A stretch of DNA of 64,000 nt, taken from UHGV virus genome UHGV-1368191; one strand, written 5' to 3'. The DNA is from a virus. Both the position numbers and the translations under genes were made by a program. The notes below the pieces were generated by a model. It ran no database searches and was not told the DNA's origin. It was given only the letters and a program-made list of their open reading frames with translations. Positions 29,201 to 39,400 of this stretch are shown piece after piece; the first letter of the stretch is position 1; every line of letters starts with the position of its first letter.

Positions 29201-32200
29201 TTCAGAACAGGCTACTTTCTATTATTAAAGGCAACCCTAAATATAATAGGGATTTGCTTAATGCCCTGGAAATAGTTGAAGTTAATGGAAGAAAGGTATT
29301 CAATGTTCCCTTTAATGATAAAATAACTTCTACTAAACTAGAGGAGCTACTTACCTCTATATTCAAGAATGGAATAGCTAAGCAATACATTAAGGGTGCT
29401 TCCTGTATATTGGTATCTAATTTTGGATTTACCAATGAGCTAGAGGTAGTAAGAAGGAGAGATGGTAGTATTGAAGCTGTAGAGTGTTATTTACCTGCAT
29501 ATAGTAGAAAGTTCTATGAGCCATTTTTAACAGAAGTGAAAAATAAAAAAGGTGTAACTATAGGATATAAAATAGACTATAATAAGTTAAAAGGTGCTGA
29601 TAAGAAACTTCTTGATTTTGTAGGATACAGAATACCTACTGAGGCTAAATACAGTATGATTCCCTTAAGAATAAAGGGATTTCTTCCTCAACAAAATGGT
29701 AGTGCTATAATGCTCCCTTCAGAGATTACTACTCTCAGTGGTTGTGACTTTGATGTTGACAAGCTGTTTATGATGCTTCCTGAGTTTAAAAGAGAGCAAA
29801 TATATGATGTAGACAGAGCTTGGAGAGACTTCTATAATGATCCTAGTAATAGTGATATTGTTAATGAAATTAATAAGAATATCACAGAGGGAGCTAAGAG
29901 AAAGAATATGTCTGAAAGAGACTTTCTACAGCTTGTTTATGATAATGGCTATAAGAAGTATGATCTTTCAGAAACAGCTCAAGAGAGATTTAGTGACTGG
30001 TTTAAAGGAAGAAAGAAGAACTACTTTGTCGAGGAGAAATTTGAGGTAATTAATTATGACCATAGCAAAGAACCAAAAGATAACAGTAGGGAACAGAGAA
30101 ATAATGAGATAATAAATATCGCTTTTCAAATCCTTACTAATAAAATGGTGGGAGAGGACTCACAAAGTCCTGGTAACTTTGATGTACTTAAACATGATGC
30201 TAGAGTCAGGGAAATCACCAGTAATATAAATTATGTTCACGAGTACATGAGAAGAAATAGAATCAAGAACTATGATGATTTTATATATGAGGTTCTTAAT
30301 GACTCCTTGGAGAATCTTACTGAATTTCTTAAGGAAGTAAAGGAAGAAAGAAATTCTCTTACTGTGGATACATTTATCTATTATCACAACCAAAATATGG
30401 TGGGTAAAGTATTAGTTGGAATCTATGCTAATAATACCACTATGCAAGCTAAATTCCAGGGAACTGGTCTAGCATTAAAAGATGGATTTGAGTTCACTAT
30501 AGATGGAAGGGTAATAAAGAGCTTATCTGATATTTACACAACTGAGAATGGTGCTAAGGTTAAGATATCAAAGAATTGTCAACAATTCTCAGCTGCCTCA
30601 GTTGATAATGTAAAGGACCCAGTTTTAGCTTTCTTAATGCAGAATAAGAACACCGCCAATACAGCTTGTTTTATGCTAAGAGCTGGAATGAGTATCCCTG
30701 AAATAGGAGCCTTCTTTAATATCCCCATTGTAAAACAATGTATAGAGGAAACAGGAGGACTTAGGGAGTTAAGTTCCTATATTTCCAATGTAGAAACATC
30801 TTTGGCTGAACTATTATCCATGAGAGAATATAAGGTTAAGCCTATAAATTCTACTACTTTAGTAGACATAATGCTCACCACACTGGAGTCTAGAGGTATA
30901 ACACCTGAAACTCCTATAGAAAGACAAATCCAAATAATAGAAAAAGAACTTCAATTAGCAAAGTTATTATTGAGAATATCTAAATATGGAGATGCTCTTG
31001 GGGAGACAGTACAGGCTTATAGAGCTGATTCTCCTAAGGCTGCTATAGGAAGAAGTGTTGCCATAGCTAAGATACAAACACTAAATATAGATAGGCTTAT
31101 AAGGAAGTCAAGACTCTCTGATTTTCCTCTTACTGGAATAGAGAATATAGTAAGGAATAATTATATTACCCCTGATATGACTATAGACCAAATGAGGGAA
31201 GCTCTTATGAATTCCAAGATGCCCATGCTTCAAGCATTCTACTCTTTAGGAATAGAATTTGGTGTTAAAAAACTGGCTGATTATTTTGCTACAGCTGGAG
31301 ATTATGCTAATCAAGTAATTGATTTCGTGAATACTCTTTCTATAAGACCTTTAAGAGAAAGAGATGTTCAAACCATCTATAATGCTCTTATACAATTTGC
31401 TCTTAGTGATACAGAGTTATTTGGGGAGAGCAGTGAGATGTCTTTAGAGGAAAAGAGAAATTATTACTTATCAGTATTTCCTAAGGAATTTACTAGGATT
31501 GTAAGTGAAAACCCTGATATAGCTAAGATACCTTTTATACAAAAAATCAGTAATAGTCCCTCTGGAATTATAATGAGGGATTCCTCAAGAAATAGTCACC
31601 AATTGATAGATTTATTAATGAATAGTGCTGATACATTACTATATATGGATAGTAATCCTGTAGCATGGAAATTGGCATTTCATCTATTCAATTATGCCTA
31701 TTTCAAAGAAGGACTTAATTATGGTCCCAGTAGCTTCTCTCAATATTTCAGTACTGTTTGGAAAACATCATTCCCAGAGTATATAGATACCCTTAGGGAG
31801 CTTAATACTTCAATGGGAGTCTCTGATAAATGGAGCAGGTTTATAACACAATACTATGCCAACAATCCAGTGATGGCTCCTACTATCGTTGTACCAAGAG
31901 ATTATTACTCAGAAGATAGGAAGATAGTAAGGATACCTAGTAAAGAAGTTTCCAATAGAAATTTAGTAGTTCCAACACCTGTTGAGTTCTTTTATGATCC
32001 CAATGAACTTACTGTGTATAGACTTAACACTGAATCTATGGAAAATGAAATTCTACAATATGATAGAATATCAACAACACCTGGTAACCTTTATGATGCT
32101 AATAAGGAGTCTAATGATATGGTAGCTGAAAATGAGAAATATCAAAAATCAGCTGAAAAGATGATACAAGCTGAGAAAGAAAGAAGAAATCCTGGTGTTC

Positions 32201-32418
32201 AAGGAGGACAAATTACAGGAAATAGTAATCCAGCTATAAACAATAATGAGGATATATCTTTATTAGGAGTTGATACTGGAACTATTGATGCTATATTGGG
32301 AGAACTGGATGCTGCCGTTGAGGCATCTGAAGAGTATAGTCCTGAAGAGGGATTAAAAGAAGAAGGGTTAAATCCATGTAAAAAAGGTAATGGTGACAAT
32401 GTAATAAAGGAGTTATAA
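23266..32418 (+). CDS. giant virion-packaged protein, putative virion RNA polymerase (two-barrel type) with N-terminal SLOG(YpsA-like) and NADAR domains
   Basis: 3050-aa ORF. 'GCDFDVDKLF' (nt 29746-29760) fits the DxDxD metal-binding motif of two-barrel RNAPs and crAss-like vRNAPs. 'IRSGGQTGVDEAGIIAAQRLG' (nt ~25072-25130) fits SLOG/YpsA. 'TFAKMLTNPGNDLTVVYKGKTFRNAEHAYQTWK...RGIEYLNRSWHEVTGDEYWEKQGNFMKALIQAY' (nt ~25290-25680) fits NADAR. The start codon is uncertain: the first in-frame ATG after the TTG is at 23290, 'MLRVY...'. Confidence 0.55.
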   Translation: MQKLILLNMLRVYCTVVTPEINEMAEKIGLHPQIVNNLICVWQTLNNKPNQYPSEQELQELIKNRESYNDAFKYAIPYYTRSEEKGYGVHFDENDNLVINPYPKDTQLKDALNTLPLGVPEDLKSEITTFKELYIVQLYAERLLQTDPNYDIQDNPNAYIAAVTASIRMLMEGKKRHLYDTTSTPVPTNPQVESEQKTTKTPTIEKSIEYTLPGQGKQTYTIKGTHIYNKDGKEVFKEDSVHRNRIFANLAVKEGRAVVVEHGDTSYVVNNKGHIISVATGKMMQWGEENSNRKAILEEARKKFSSKISTQQSQKTVTSTLDTRTISNKTASFGVTISENIMGNYSEWLKDNPNGIVAYRVDKEHFNTPQLVQRGIIGNPFNWQKYGEGKSLQMFYDWLTTGNNFGEESAAEEYRKAIINKILSSPVGTPILYYKEKYQPSHATMIGYLINHKDLLNTGIVSSTEITTSKGTDYPSRTRENADWSDITMALFTVRSNGETLTAQAAGSKDRKQIGNRTIRNTKDKYIEAELSDDLNNQATIIANNLEKQIKEKGLPTKGIKLNIAGNGIYSFSEGVSQEYLNDLVSSVIQILQQKGITISKIRSGGQTGVDEAGIIAAQRLGIPNEVHTTADFKFRGRDGQDIRGEERFKARFINQQSTEGDNNRRDIQIKGENISSKGSTFAKMLTNPGNDLTVVYKGKTFRNAEHAYQTWKSGEFDEAAFNSTAFKPVGKKPVNKSSNFQTMVEILTAKLEQHPELIQGINDRRGIEYLNRSWHEVTGDEYWEKQGNFMKALIQAYNRVNSDQNTQQEEGTPEDLPEIGIPEALASQVQVNKESPRAILSRQMSPQEITRREDMIARDFSDIINDALSDMQEGLRNDIENEKDPLRRLQLSQKLNALEDPVKGRRAAITELGIEEILNRMKEEYQEWIDMDSSEIDSYLGKGKADYVKQAYQKVLDNFDLLFDEASSMIEQKEHLRITRGDTKEVQNTEDQEQVLEEELGDDDSGNRVSGNEGYTFKIRFVDPFTSIRAETRKVLSDIKQIDTEGNVATDDLGRTIYVREDFAHSALLASLNWMDNPNDFSVKNADGTYSLPALENAAMIYPWINQVIEELEADPNLISVFYNDFRKDYISYWMQRDGKVFPMNSPIDYEGTFRGIQRNYESGSPQDDDSIFDVNLKISKANIRKARTLLTNVRKSLSKAVYSEDMETIVPSIQKLLNIIGFSSTNLNLTQLKDISNVGLANTILDSIARVLDNSDTLQEGQHYVDTVRDPLNIIAKLVGKVTELDAQVTFRQGKNSYPSYAVPNYIETVFKKLLKKDDDQRNEYLQNEFGKYAWFKNKNGEWNNEWLRLIEEDPNVRDMVTLVNMFNMEGVDYENWSPSLITTGFMNMYFAIDENPDLDTQYGYYNFPIFSDTKMATFVKFIKYTGDYRSKLIPLYRKLVNQELKRIRLVEDRAKKGIPPISNFDKRGKRFCFLPELNTLKLDFEGKEMTLLDIVRELNRRGNVKSIDAYIDSAINWTIDKLADDFISNHKEVVSDESLDKIKKATGVKSDEAAVDKIREYVWNQIFATSQMVQMVTTDLAYYASDTDFQKRFKEVYAAGTKLNTNSKYGRKTERTVYIRDNIVTSPTYIPLKEMFTKAYKEERITKMDLDSILYKFRNINSVDGQAYRSLSSYRSILDMLGRWTPKMEEAFDRLNKGNWDISDFDIIWQTIKPFVYGQVETPDGLGGLLRTPHQNKNSEFLLLATYQVLGTVLNNSPQLRGLNKFMETNNIDVVQFESAVKVGCSGVIDINVSPSKIKKASEDRFIEVNGEKYDVPDISGLNISKAFDQIKEYFDNRLERGSITQQEYNNIIDYLKPTETEVFNTLVENTRKKINDTDVLTKDNYNKTTVHEISYDDYMIAQPTPEHLFDVESIIGSQFRNLIYSDLPEDIEINLGDITIKGRDNVKRYYFSLMVENLLDSYKEVNEVFSSIETLQNRLLSIIKGNPKYNRDLLNALEIVEVNGRKVFNVPFNDKITSTKLEELLTSIFKNGIAKQYIKGASCILVSNFGFTNELEVVRRRDGSIEAVECYLPAYSRKFYEPFLTEVKNKKGVTIGYKIDYNKLKGADKKLLDFVGYRIPTEAKYSMIPLRIKGFLPQQNGSAIMLPSEITTLSGCDFDVDKLFMMLPEFKREQIYDVDRAWRDFYNDPSNSDIVNEINKNITEGAKRKNMSERDFLQLVYDNGYKKYDLSETAQERFSDWFKGRKKNYFVEEKFEVINYDHSKEPKDNSREQRNNEIINIAFQILTNKMVGEDSQSPGNFDVLKHDARVREITSNINYVHEYMRRNRIKNYDDFIYEVLNDSLENLTEFLKEVKEERNSLTVDTFIYYHNQNMVGKVLVGIYANNTTMQAKFQGTGLALKDGFEFTIDGRVIKSLSDIYTTENGAKVKISKNCQQFSAASVDNVKDPVLAFLMQNKNTANTACFMLRAGMSIPEIGAFFNIPIVKQCIEETGGLRELSSYISNVETSLAELLSMREYKVKPINSTTLVDIMLTTLESRGITPETPIERQIQIIEKELQLAKLLLRISKYGDALGETVQAYRADSPKAAIGRSVAIAKIQTLNIDRLIRKSRLSDFPLTGIENIVRNNYITPDMTIDQMREALMNSKMPMLQAFYSLGIEFGVKKLADYFATAGDYANQVIDFVNTLSIRPLRERDVQTIYNALIQFALSDTELFGESSEMSLEEKRNYYLSVFPKEFTRIVSENPDIAKIPFIQKISNSPSGIIMRDSSRNSHQLIDLLMNSADTLLYMDSNPVAWKLAFHLFNYAYFKEGLNYGPSSFSQYFSTVWKTSFPEYIDTLRELNTSMGVSDKWSRFITQYYANNPVMAPTIVVPRDYYSEDRKIVRIPSKEVSNRNLVVPTPVEFFYDPNELTVYRLNTESMENEILQYDRISTTPGNLYDANKESNDMVAENEKYQKSAEKMIQAEKERRNPGVQGGQITGNSNPAINNNEDISLLGVDTGTIDAILGELDAAVEASEEYSPEEGLKEEGLNPCKKGNGDNVIKEL

Positions 32419-32419
32419 T

Positions 32420-35400
32420 ATGGCAAATGCATGTGTATTTACCCCTAAAAAGGGGATTAAGACTTTCCAAAAATTAAAAAATGAATTTGGGTATGATGAA
32501 GCTTGGAAGATTTATGGCATAGCCATGAATCCCAAGTTCCAGAATGATTATAAGGACTCTCTCAGCTTTGATGCTGAGGGAGTTCCTTTCTTTGATTCTC
32601 TTATCCAGAATAACTATATAATGAAGGTAGCTGGAAGTAATATAAGAAAGTACCTAGGAAAAAATTTACCTAAAAGGGATGATTCAATAGAGAATTTTAA
32701 CTTAACTCTAGAGGATGCTAAAACTTTCAATGACAGGAGTCCCTATAATAAAAATTTTGTGGCTGTAGTAGGATATGATGATGAAGGAAGAATAGCTATA
32801 CAGTTACTTGGCAGAACTGAAGAGAATGAGAAAAAATTTGCTAATCAGTATGCCACTTATAAACTTAATATGAGGCTTGCTGAAATATTGAAGTCTCTGG
32901 GGGTGAGTGTAGGATTACTTCAAGAAATAGAGCAGTCTTCAGGAAGAGTTGGAGTTACTGATTTCTCTGTAGCTAAGTTATTGGCAACTGATTCAATCTC
33001 CATGATTAGAGTGGCTAATAACATGGAAGGAGCTAAAGCATTAAGTGAGGAGTTTGCCCACTTGATTATAGGAGCTATGAGGGGAAATCCATTAATACAA
33101 AGAAATATAAATACCCTAGCCAATGAGGATTCCTTAAGAGAAATATTAGGAGATGATTACCAAGATGTCTACGATTTCTATGAGGGTGATATGGAATTAA
33201 TGGCTGAAGAGGCTTTAGGACATATTTTGCAGGAAAAACTTCTTGAGAGTGTAACCTCTAATGATATTCAAGGAAGGTTGATAAATCAAGTACAGAGGAA
33301 GTTTAAGAGAATAAAAGAATCTGAAATAGTGGATGCTATCCATGAAGCTGAATCTAGTATGAGTACAATTGCCAAGGGTATTCTAGGAGGTAATTTAACT
33401 CTTTCAAAAAAAGATATTATCAATTCCCAAAGAGATGTTCAGTTTAATGCCCTAAGTGAACAAGTAGAAAGAAATATAAAAATCCTGAAGGATGCTATTG
33501 CAGTAGAATCTAAAAGGTATAAGATTATTAGGGGTAATGAGGACTCAAAGAAGTATGCTGAAAGTATAGTAAATGCCTTAGAGCGTAATATGAACACAGA
33601 TACAGCTTTAGGAGTTCTTACTTATGCAAGGGAAGCATTATCCTCCTTAAAAGTGGCAAGTAATACATTAAGCACTCTCAATACTATGTCACCTGAGGAT
33701 AAGTTTAAACTTCTTATAGGCATAAAGAGCACTATTCAGTCCTATAGTCAATTCATAGATAATCTTAATGATTTAGCTCTTGATGACAAGAATGACGCTG
33801 ATTACACAAAAGACTTTGTGGTTACTGATCATAAGGGAGACAAGGAAGTAGTTAACATGAAGTCCACACTTACTGAGCTTAATTCATTATATAAGTTAAT
33901 TGGGAGAGACTGGCTAAGAATAGCCCTGCCTTCATTTGCTGAATACTTGAAACCTGTATTGGGTGAGAAAATAACTATAGAAATGGGTTCCAGGAAAGGA
34001 GTTTCCATAACTATAGAAGAGCTTCTTAAATCCTCTGAAAGTGATATTTCATACTTAGATAGATGGCTTGATAGTATGGGTAACTCCTCTGATATCTTAT
34101 TAAGGGCATTTGATAAAATATATAAGAATGCCATGGATAAAGCCAGGCTCCAGAGTATAAAGGATTTTAGGAGAATACAGGCTCTTAGAATGGAAGCTGA
34201 ATCCTATGGGATTACTACCTTTGATTGGATGTTTGAAAGAGATAGAGAAGGTAATTTTACAGGTAATTATGTGAGTGAGGTAAACTCATACCAATACTAT
34301 CAAGATAGAGATAGATTTGAGGAAGAACTTAGTGAAAAATATGGTAAGAACCCAAAAGGTGATAACTTAAAAGCTAAGTTAGCTGAGAGGGAAAGATGGC
34401 ATGAAGAGCATAGTGATTTAACTATTCTGGGCACTAGAATCCCCAAGGAATCAGTATATAGAAATGAGGACTTTTATAAGTTATCTGATAAGCAACAACT
34501 CATTAGGAAAAAATTTCTTGAGATAAAAACCCAAATGGATAAACAATATCCTTCTACTAGAGTATCAGAGCTTAAAGCTATTCAACTAAGAAAGGATGGA
34601 GTACAAAGGTTTATTGATTCAGGAAAAGACCCTTCTACTATATTCTCTAATATAAAGGAACATTTAGCTGATGAATTCTTGGAAAGAACTGATGATGATA
34701 CAATATTTGGAGGAAGAACTGGCCTTACTGATTTTGCGGGAAAGGAATTTATGACCTTACCTGTATTATATACCAATAGATTAGAGAATCCCAATGAATT
34801 GAGCACTGATATATTTGGGTCATTGATGGCTTATACAGCTGCTTCAAATAACTACAGGGAAATGGATAGAATCATTGACCCCCTAGAGACTGGAAGAACC
34901 CTGATTAAGGAAAACAGAAAGGTTAAAACAACTAGAGGAGGGATGAACCTAGTGGAGAAGTTTAAGGCATTAGGAAAAAATTTTCAGAATGAGGCTATTG
35001 AGAGTGGAGGCTCTTATATAGAAGATAGACTTGATGACTTCTTTGCCTCCCAAATATATCATAAGTACTTGGAAGATTCAGGAATCTGGGAAGTATTTGG
35101 TAAAAAAATAAATAAAAATAAGGTTGTTTCAGCTTTAATGAAAGGGTCATCAATGGCTCAATTAGGGTTCAACTATTTAACTAATCTAGCCAATGTGACT
35201 ACAGGTGTAGCTATGCAGAATATAGAAGCCGCTGCTGGAGAGTTCTTTAATGCTAAAGAGCTTGCTAAGGCTGACTCTATATATGTTAAACTGATTCCTG
35301 GTAATATAGCAGAGTTCAATAGTAGAACAAAAACCAATAGACTTTCACTGTTTAATGAGCTGTTTAATATAAGACAAGACTTTGATGATGTCTCACACCA

Positions 35401-36379
35401 TGTGATGAGAAAGAGTGCATTGGCTAGGATATTTTCATCTGAAATAGCATATATTGGACAGGGAGCTGGAGACCATTGGCTATACATGAGAACAGCTATA
35501 GCTATGGCTTTAAGAGAGAGAGTGAATGTTCCTGGGAAGGGAGAAATGTCATTATGGGAAGCTCTCCAGATAGAAGATACATTTGATGGCAATGATAAGA
35601 TAAAAGAAATGAAACTCCCTGAGGGAACTACTGGAGCTGATGGTAAACCATTTGATATTGGTAAATTTGGAAGAAAAATAGCTCATGTTAACCAGTCATT
35701 ATTTGGTATTTATAATACTGAGGATAGAAATGCTGCACAGAGAGTTATTATGGGTAGGCTATTACTGCAATATAGGAATTGGATGAAACCCCAATTCAAT
35801 AGAAGATTTCAAAGAGGTCAATTTAACCTTGATACACAGAGCTGGGAAGAAGGTTATTATAGAACCTCTTATAGAATCCTAAGGGGGTTAATAAGGGGAC
35901 AATATCAGCTAGGAGCTGTGTGGCAAGAACTTAAACCTGAAGAAAGGGCTAATGTTAAAAGAGCTATAACTGAAATGCTTCAATTATGTATAGTAGTACT
36001 CTTGGCTGAATTTATTAAGTGGCCTGATGATAAGGATAGACCTTGGGCAATTAAATTAGCTGAATATACATCTAGGAGACTTGAACATGAATTGGGAACT
36101 CTAGCACCTTCCCCAATGATGCTTCAAGAGATGCTTAAGACTGTTAAATCCCCAGCTGCTGTTATAACACAAGTGCAAAACCTTATCAATTTATTCTCAA
36201 GTCTTACTGACCCAAGAGATTGGAATGATGAAATAGAATCAGGTAAATATAAAGGAATGAGTACTTTAGAGAAGAATCTACTTAAATCTGGGCTACCAGG
36301 CTTTGCGCAGTTTAGGCAACTAGATAGATTGATATATGACATGGATAACTCCATTAATTATTATGCTAGACCATATTAA
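32420..36379 (+). CDS. large virion (cargo/ejected) protein
   Basis: 1319-aa ORF immediately after the 3050-aa gene and before the convergent terminator. Helix-rich, no catalytic motif recognised. Confidence 0.45.
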   Translation: MANACVFTPKKGIKTFQKLKNEFGYDEAWKIYGIAMNPKFQNDYKDSLSFDAEGVPFFDSLIQNNYIMKVAGSNIRKYLGKNLPKRDDSIENFNLTLEDAKTFNDRSPYNKNFVAVVGYDDEGRIAIQLLGRTEENEKKFANQYATYKLNMRLAEILKSLGVSVGLLQEIEQSSGRVGVTDFSVAKLLATDSISMIRVANNMEGAKALSEEFAHLIIGAMRGNPLIQRNINTLANEDSLREILGDDYQDVYDFYEGDMELMAEEALGHILQEKLLESVTSNDIQGRLINQVQRKFKRIKESEIVDAIHEAESSMSTIAKGILGGNLTLSKKDIINSQRDVQFNALSEQVERNIKILKDAIAVESKRYKIIRGNEDSKKYAESIVNALERNMNTDTALGVLTYAREALSSLKVASNTLSTLNTMSPEDKFKLLIGIKSTIQSYSQFIDNLNDLALDDKNDADYTKDFVVTDHKGDKEVVNMKSTLTELNSLYKLIGRDWLRIALPSFAEYLKPVLGEKITIEMGSRKGVSITIEELLKSSESDISYLDRWLDSMGNSSDILLRAFDKIYKNAMDKARLQSIKDFRRIQALRMEAESYGITTFDWMFERDREGNFTGNYVSEVNSYQYYQDRDRFEEELSEKYGKNPKGDNLKAKLAERERWHEEHSDLTILGTRIPKESVYRNEDFYKLSDKQQLIRKKFLEIKTQMDKQYPSTRVSELKAIQLRKDGVQRFIDSGKDPSTIFSNIKEHLADEFLERTDDDTIFGGRTGLTDFAGKEFMTLPVLYTNRLENPNELSTDIFGSLMAYTAASNNYREMDRIIDPLETGRTLIKENRKVKTTRGGMNLVEKFKALGKNFQNEAIESGGSYIEDRLDDFFASQIYHKYLEDSGIWEVFGKKINKNKVVSALMKGSSMAQLGFNYLTNLANVTTGVAMQNIEAAAGEFFNAKELAKADSIYVKLIPGNIAEFNSRTKTNRLSLFNELFNIRQDFDDVSHHVMRKSALARIFSSEIAYIGQGAGDHWLYMRTAIAMALRERVNVPGKGEMSLWEALQIEDTFDGNDKIKEMKLPEGTTGADGKPFDIGKFGRKIAHVNQSLFGIYNTEDRNAAQRVIMGRLLLQYRNWMKPQFNRRFQRGQFNLDTQSWEEGYYRTSYRILRGLIRGQYQLGAVWQELKPEERANVKRAITEMLQLCIVVLLAEFIKWPDDKDRPWAIKLAEYTSRRLEHELGTLAPSPMMLQEMLKTVKSPAAVITQVQNLINLFSSLTDPRDWNDEIESGKYKGMSTLEKNLLKSGLPGFAQFRQLDRLIYDMDNSINYYARPY

Positions 36380-36385
36380 AACAAA

Positions 36386-36417
36386 ATAGGGAACCTAAAT
36401 GGTTCCCTATTTTTTTA
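36386..36417. terminator. bidirectional rho-independent terminator between convergent gene blocks
   Basis: Stem atagggaacc/ggttccctat with loop taaat. T6 follows on the plus strand and a T-rich tract (tttgtttt) follows on the minus strand. Confidence 0.6.
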
Positions 36418-36432
36418 CTATTTATCAGTTCT

Positions 36433-39400
36433 CTAGTACATACAATGGAATAAGATTTCTTTTTCAAGAATAGTCATATTACTGTATTCTTTTGGAGATA
36501 TCTTTCTTTCAGATAAATAATCTTTCTGTTCTTTAGATAGTTTATTATAAGAAAGTTTAATCTCATGATATTGTTTTATCTCTATGGTGTCTATAGCTTC
36601 TGTGTTAACATCTCTGTCAATATATTTCCCTTTTAATATATCAGTATAAACTCTGTCAAGATAGAACCAATTACTATTAAAATGATTTAATAGTGCTTTT
36701 AATCTAGACCATAGATTCTTCAGTCTGCCTACAAAAGTCTCTTCATTCTGCATATATCTTCTAAAGTCTTCAGCCATTCTTTCTTCTAGCTCTATAGGAC
36801 TCAAATTACCCCATTGCCTTTTAGCTGATTTAAAGGCATTCTCAAGCTCTTGGTCAGTCATTAGAGTATTGAATACAAAATGGAAGGCCTCATGATAAGC
36901 AGTTCCTCTAGCCGCGTTTTTATAGAGTGTTATAGCTCCATCTTTAAATTGTCCCCAAGCTTTTCCTCCAGGAATTTTTATTAGAGTACCTACTATTCTG
37001 ATTCTATCTTCTTCACTTAATTGAGGAAGTAACTCCCCTATCACCTCTAATTCCCTACCTATTAGAGATTCACTCTCTCCAATGTACTTTCTATATCTAA
37101 TATCATTATCAGTTCTAGAGAATGTTCCAATATTATCTGTAGCTGATTTAATTTGGTTAGGATTAAATACTACTAATTCTACACCATTCTTACCTCTTAT
37201 ATCATTCATGTTAAAAGCACTTCTAAAAACATTCATATTAGAAAATCCTATAGCACCATCATTGTTAGAAGTACTATGTTTATCTATGCCCTTTCTTGTG
37301 TAAATATCTCCAGATTTATATCCAGAAGGTTTATCAACAATAACAGGATTTTTAATATTAAGATATACAGGTATATCGTGAGATTGTGAAAGTTTTTCTA
37401 CAATTTTTCCTACTATAGTAGAATTATCTCTCCAAGGTTTAAACCACAATCCTTCTCCTCTTTTAGATTTATTTAAATCAAAAGTACTAAAATCAGCTCT
37501 TGTACTATGATAAACAACTAAAGGTTCACCATTTTCATCTACTACTTTTGATACATTTCTATCTCCACTGTTTATATCGTCTGCTTGTGGTAATTTATCG
37601 TTAAGTATTCTATAAGTAGTGTGATTCCAATGTCCTACTTTAGGTTTTTCAGATACCACCTCAGCAATTCCATCTTTAACTAAAGATTTCCATAAAGCAT
37701 CTTCGGCATCAGAATTAGATCTATCAGAATATAAAATTTTACCTTCTGATTTGGCAATATTAGCAAGAGCTAAATGAGCTTTTTTTCCATATCCTTTTCC
37801 TCTATATTCTTCTTCTATTTCTGTGGCAGCTCCTATAGATCCTCCCATTCTAATTTTATCTTTAGTTTCAATAACAGGAATTTCTCCTATATATTTATCA
37901 CCTAAAAATATAACTCTTTTACCTCCATCAGGAGCCATATCAGCATCAAATAATGCTTCACTTACAGTAACTCCTTGGTATGTAGCAGATGTAATACTAT
38001 TAGGAATATCTTGACTTTCTCTAAATCTAGAAGAACGGGCAACTCTCTCCCAATTACCAAACCATTTCTTAAATGCTTTAGTTCTCACTTGAGCATATTG
38101 TTTAGGTGTAAGGTTTGATGGTCTACTATTAGGAGCTAGGAGTCTACCTTGAAAATCTCTAGGGGCTTTATCTAGAATAGATTGTTCTTCCTTAGTTAGA
38201 TTAGAAGTGCTAACTTCTCTATTCTTAGGTCTAAGTTGTTCAGCAACAAGGTTATTCAGTTCCTCATCAGACATATTAGGGATAATCTTAGCATCTAAGT
38301 ACTGAGCAAGGGTTTTCAGTATAGGAGTTTTTAGTTTACTGAGACCTTGTATATTATCATCATTTAGTCTGTCTATTCTTGCTTGCCATTTTTTAGGCTT
38401 GAAAACAGCTTTCTTTTTTAAGGTTTCCCTAATAGAAGCTACATCTTGCCTAGGCTCTGAAGTATCAGGTTTATTTTCCTCAGCTTGAGTACTTTGTTCA
38501 GAAGGTTGAGGAGTCGCTTTCTTAAAGTAGTTATCTACATCTATAATAGGTAATGCTATATTAGGTACTTTATTTACTCCTATAACAGTATCATCATTTC
38601 CATAAACAATGGTAAAGGGAACTATAGCTACACCTTCAGTCTTTTTACCAAACCTATCATATAGTAGCTTAGCATAGGAAGATACTTGATAGGTATGGTA
38701 CTCTTTAGTGGACATTGTTTGCCCCCAAGCAGAATTCACTCCTTCATAGCGAAATCCAGCAAAAGGACCCACAGAAGTCTTTACATCATAAATATAGTAG
38801 TTGCCCTTATTATCTATGAACAGTAAATCAACTTCTCCCGCTATTCTTCTCCCATCCAGATATTTTTGATAGAGAACTATATTATTGGCAAATACTGACC
38901 ACTTATGATCATTTAACCACTTATCTAAGGACTTAAGATACTCTATGATACTATTATAGGCCTTATCTGACATAAAATCAGGCTTAGTGGTCTTTCCTGT
39001 ATTAAAGAAGTCTCTTACTATAGTATCAACAGCACTCCCAGTTCTTAGTGCTCTTTGGCTGTTAGCAGTACCAGTATTATTTGAATTAGAAGGAAGTACA
39101 TTATGCACCCTTTGGTACTTATGATACTTGCCATCACTCTCTTTTATATAGTAATAGTTACTATCAGTTCTATTCCTATCTATATTTGATTGATCTGGTA
39201 TTATAGTACTTCTTACAAAGTTTCTCTCCCTACTGGCTTTTACCTCATCTTCAGCTTCCTTTGGAGCATCTTGGATAGATTTAGCTCCTTCCTTTTTCCC
39301 TTTTATTATGGGGTCTATGGTATAGAAATCATTAACTGTATGCAGGGTCCACTTTTCAAGATTGGTTGTAGCTAATTCACCTATAAGACTATTATAATCT

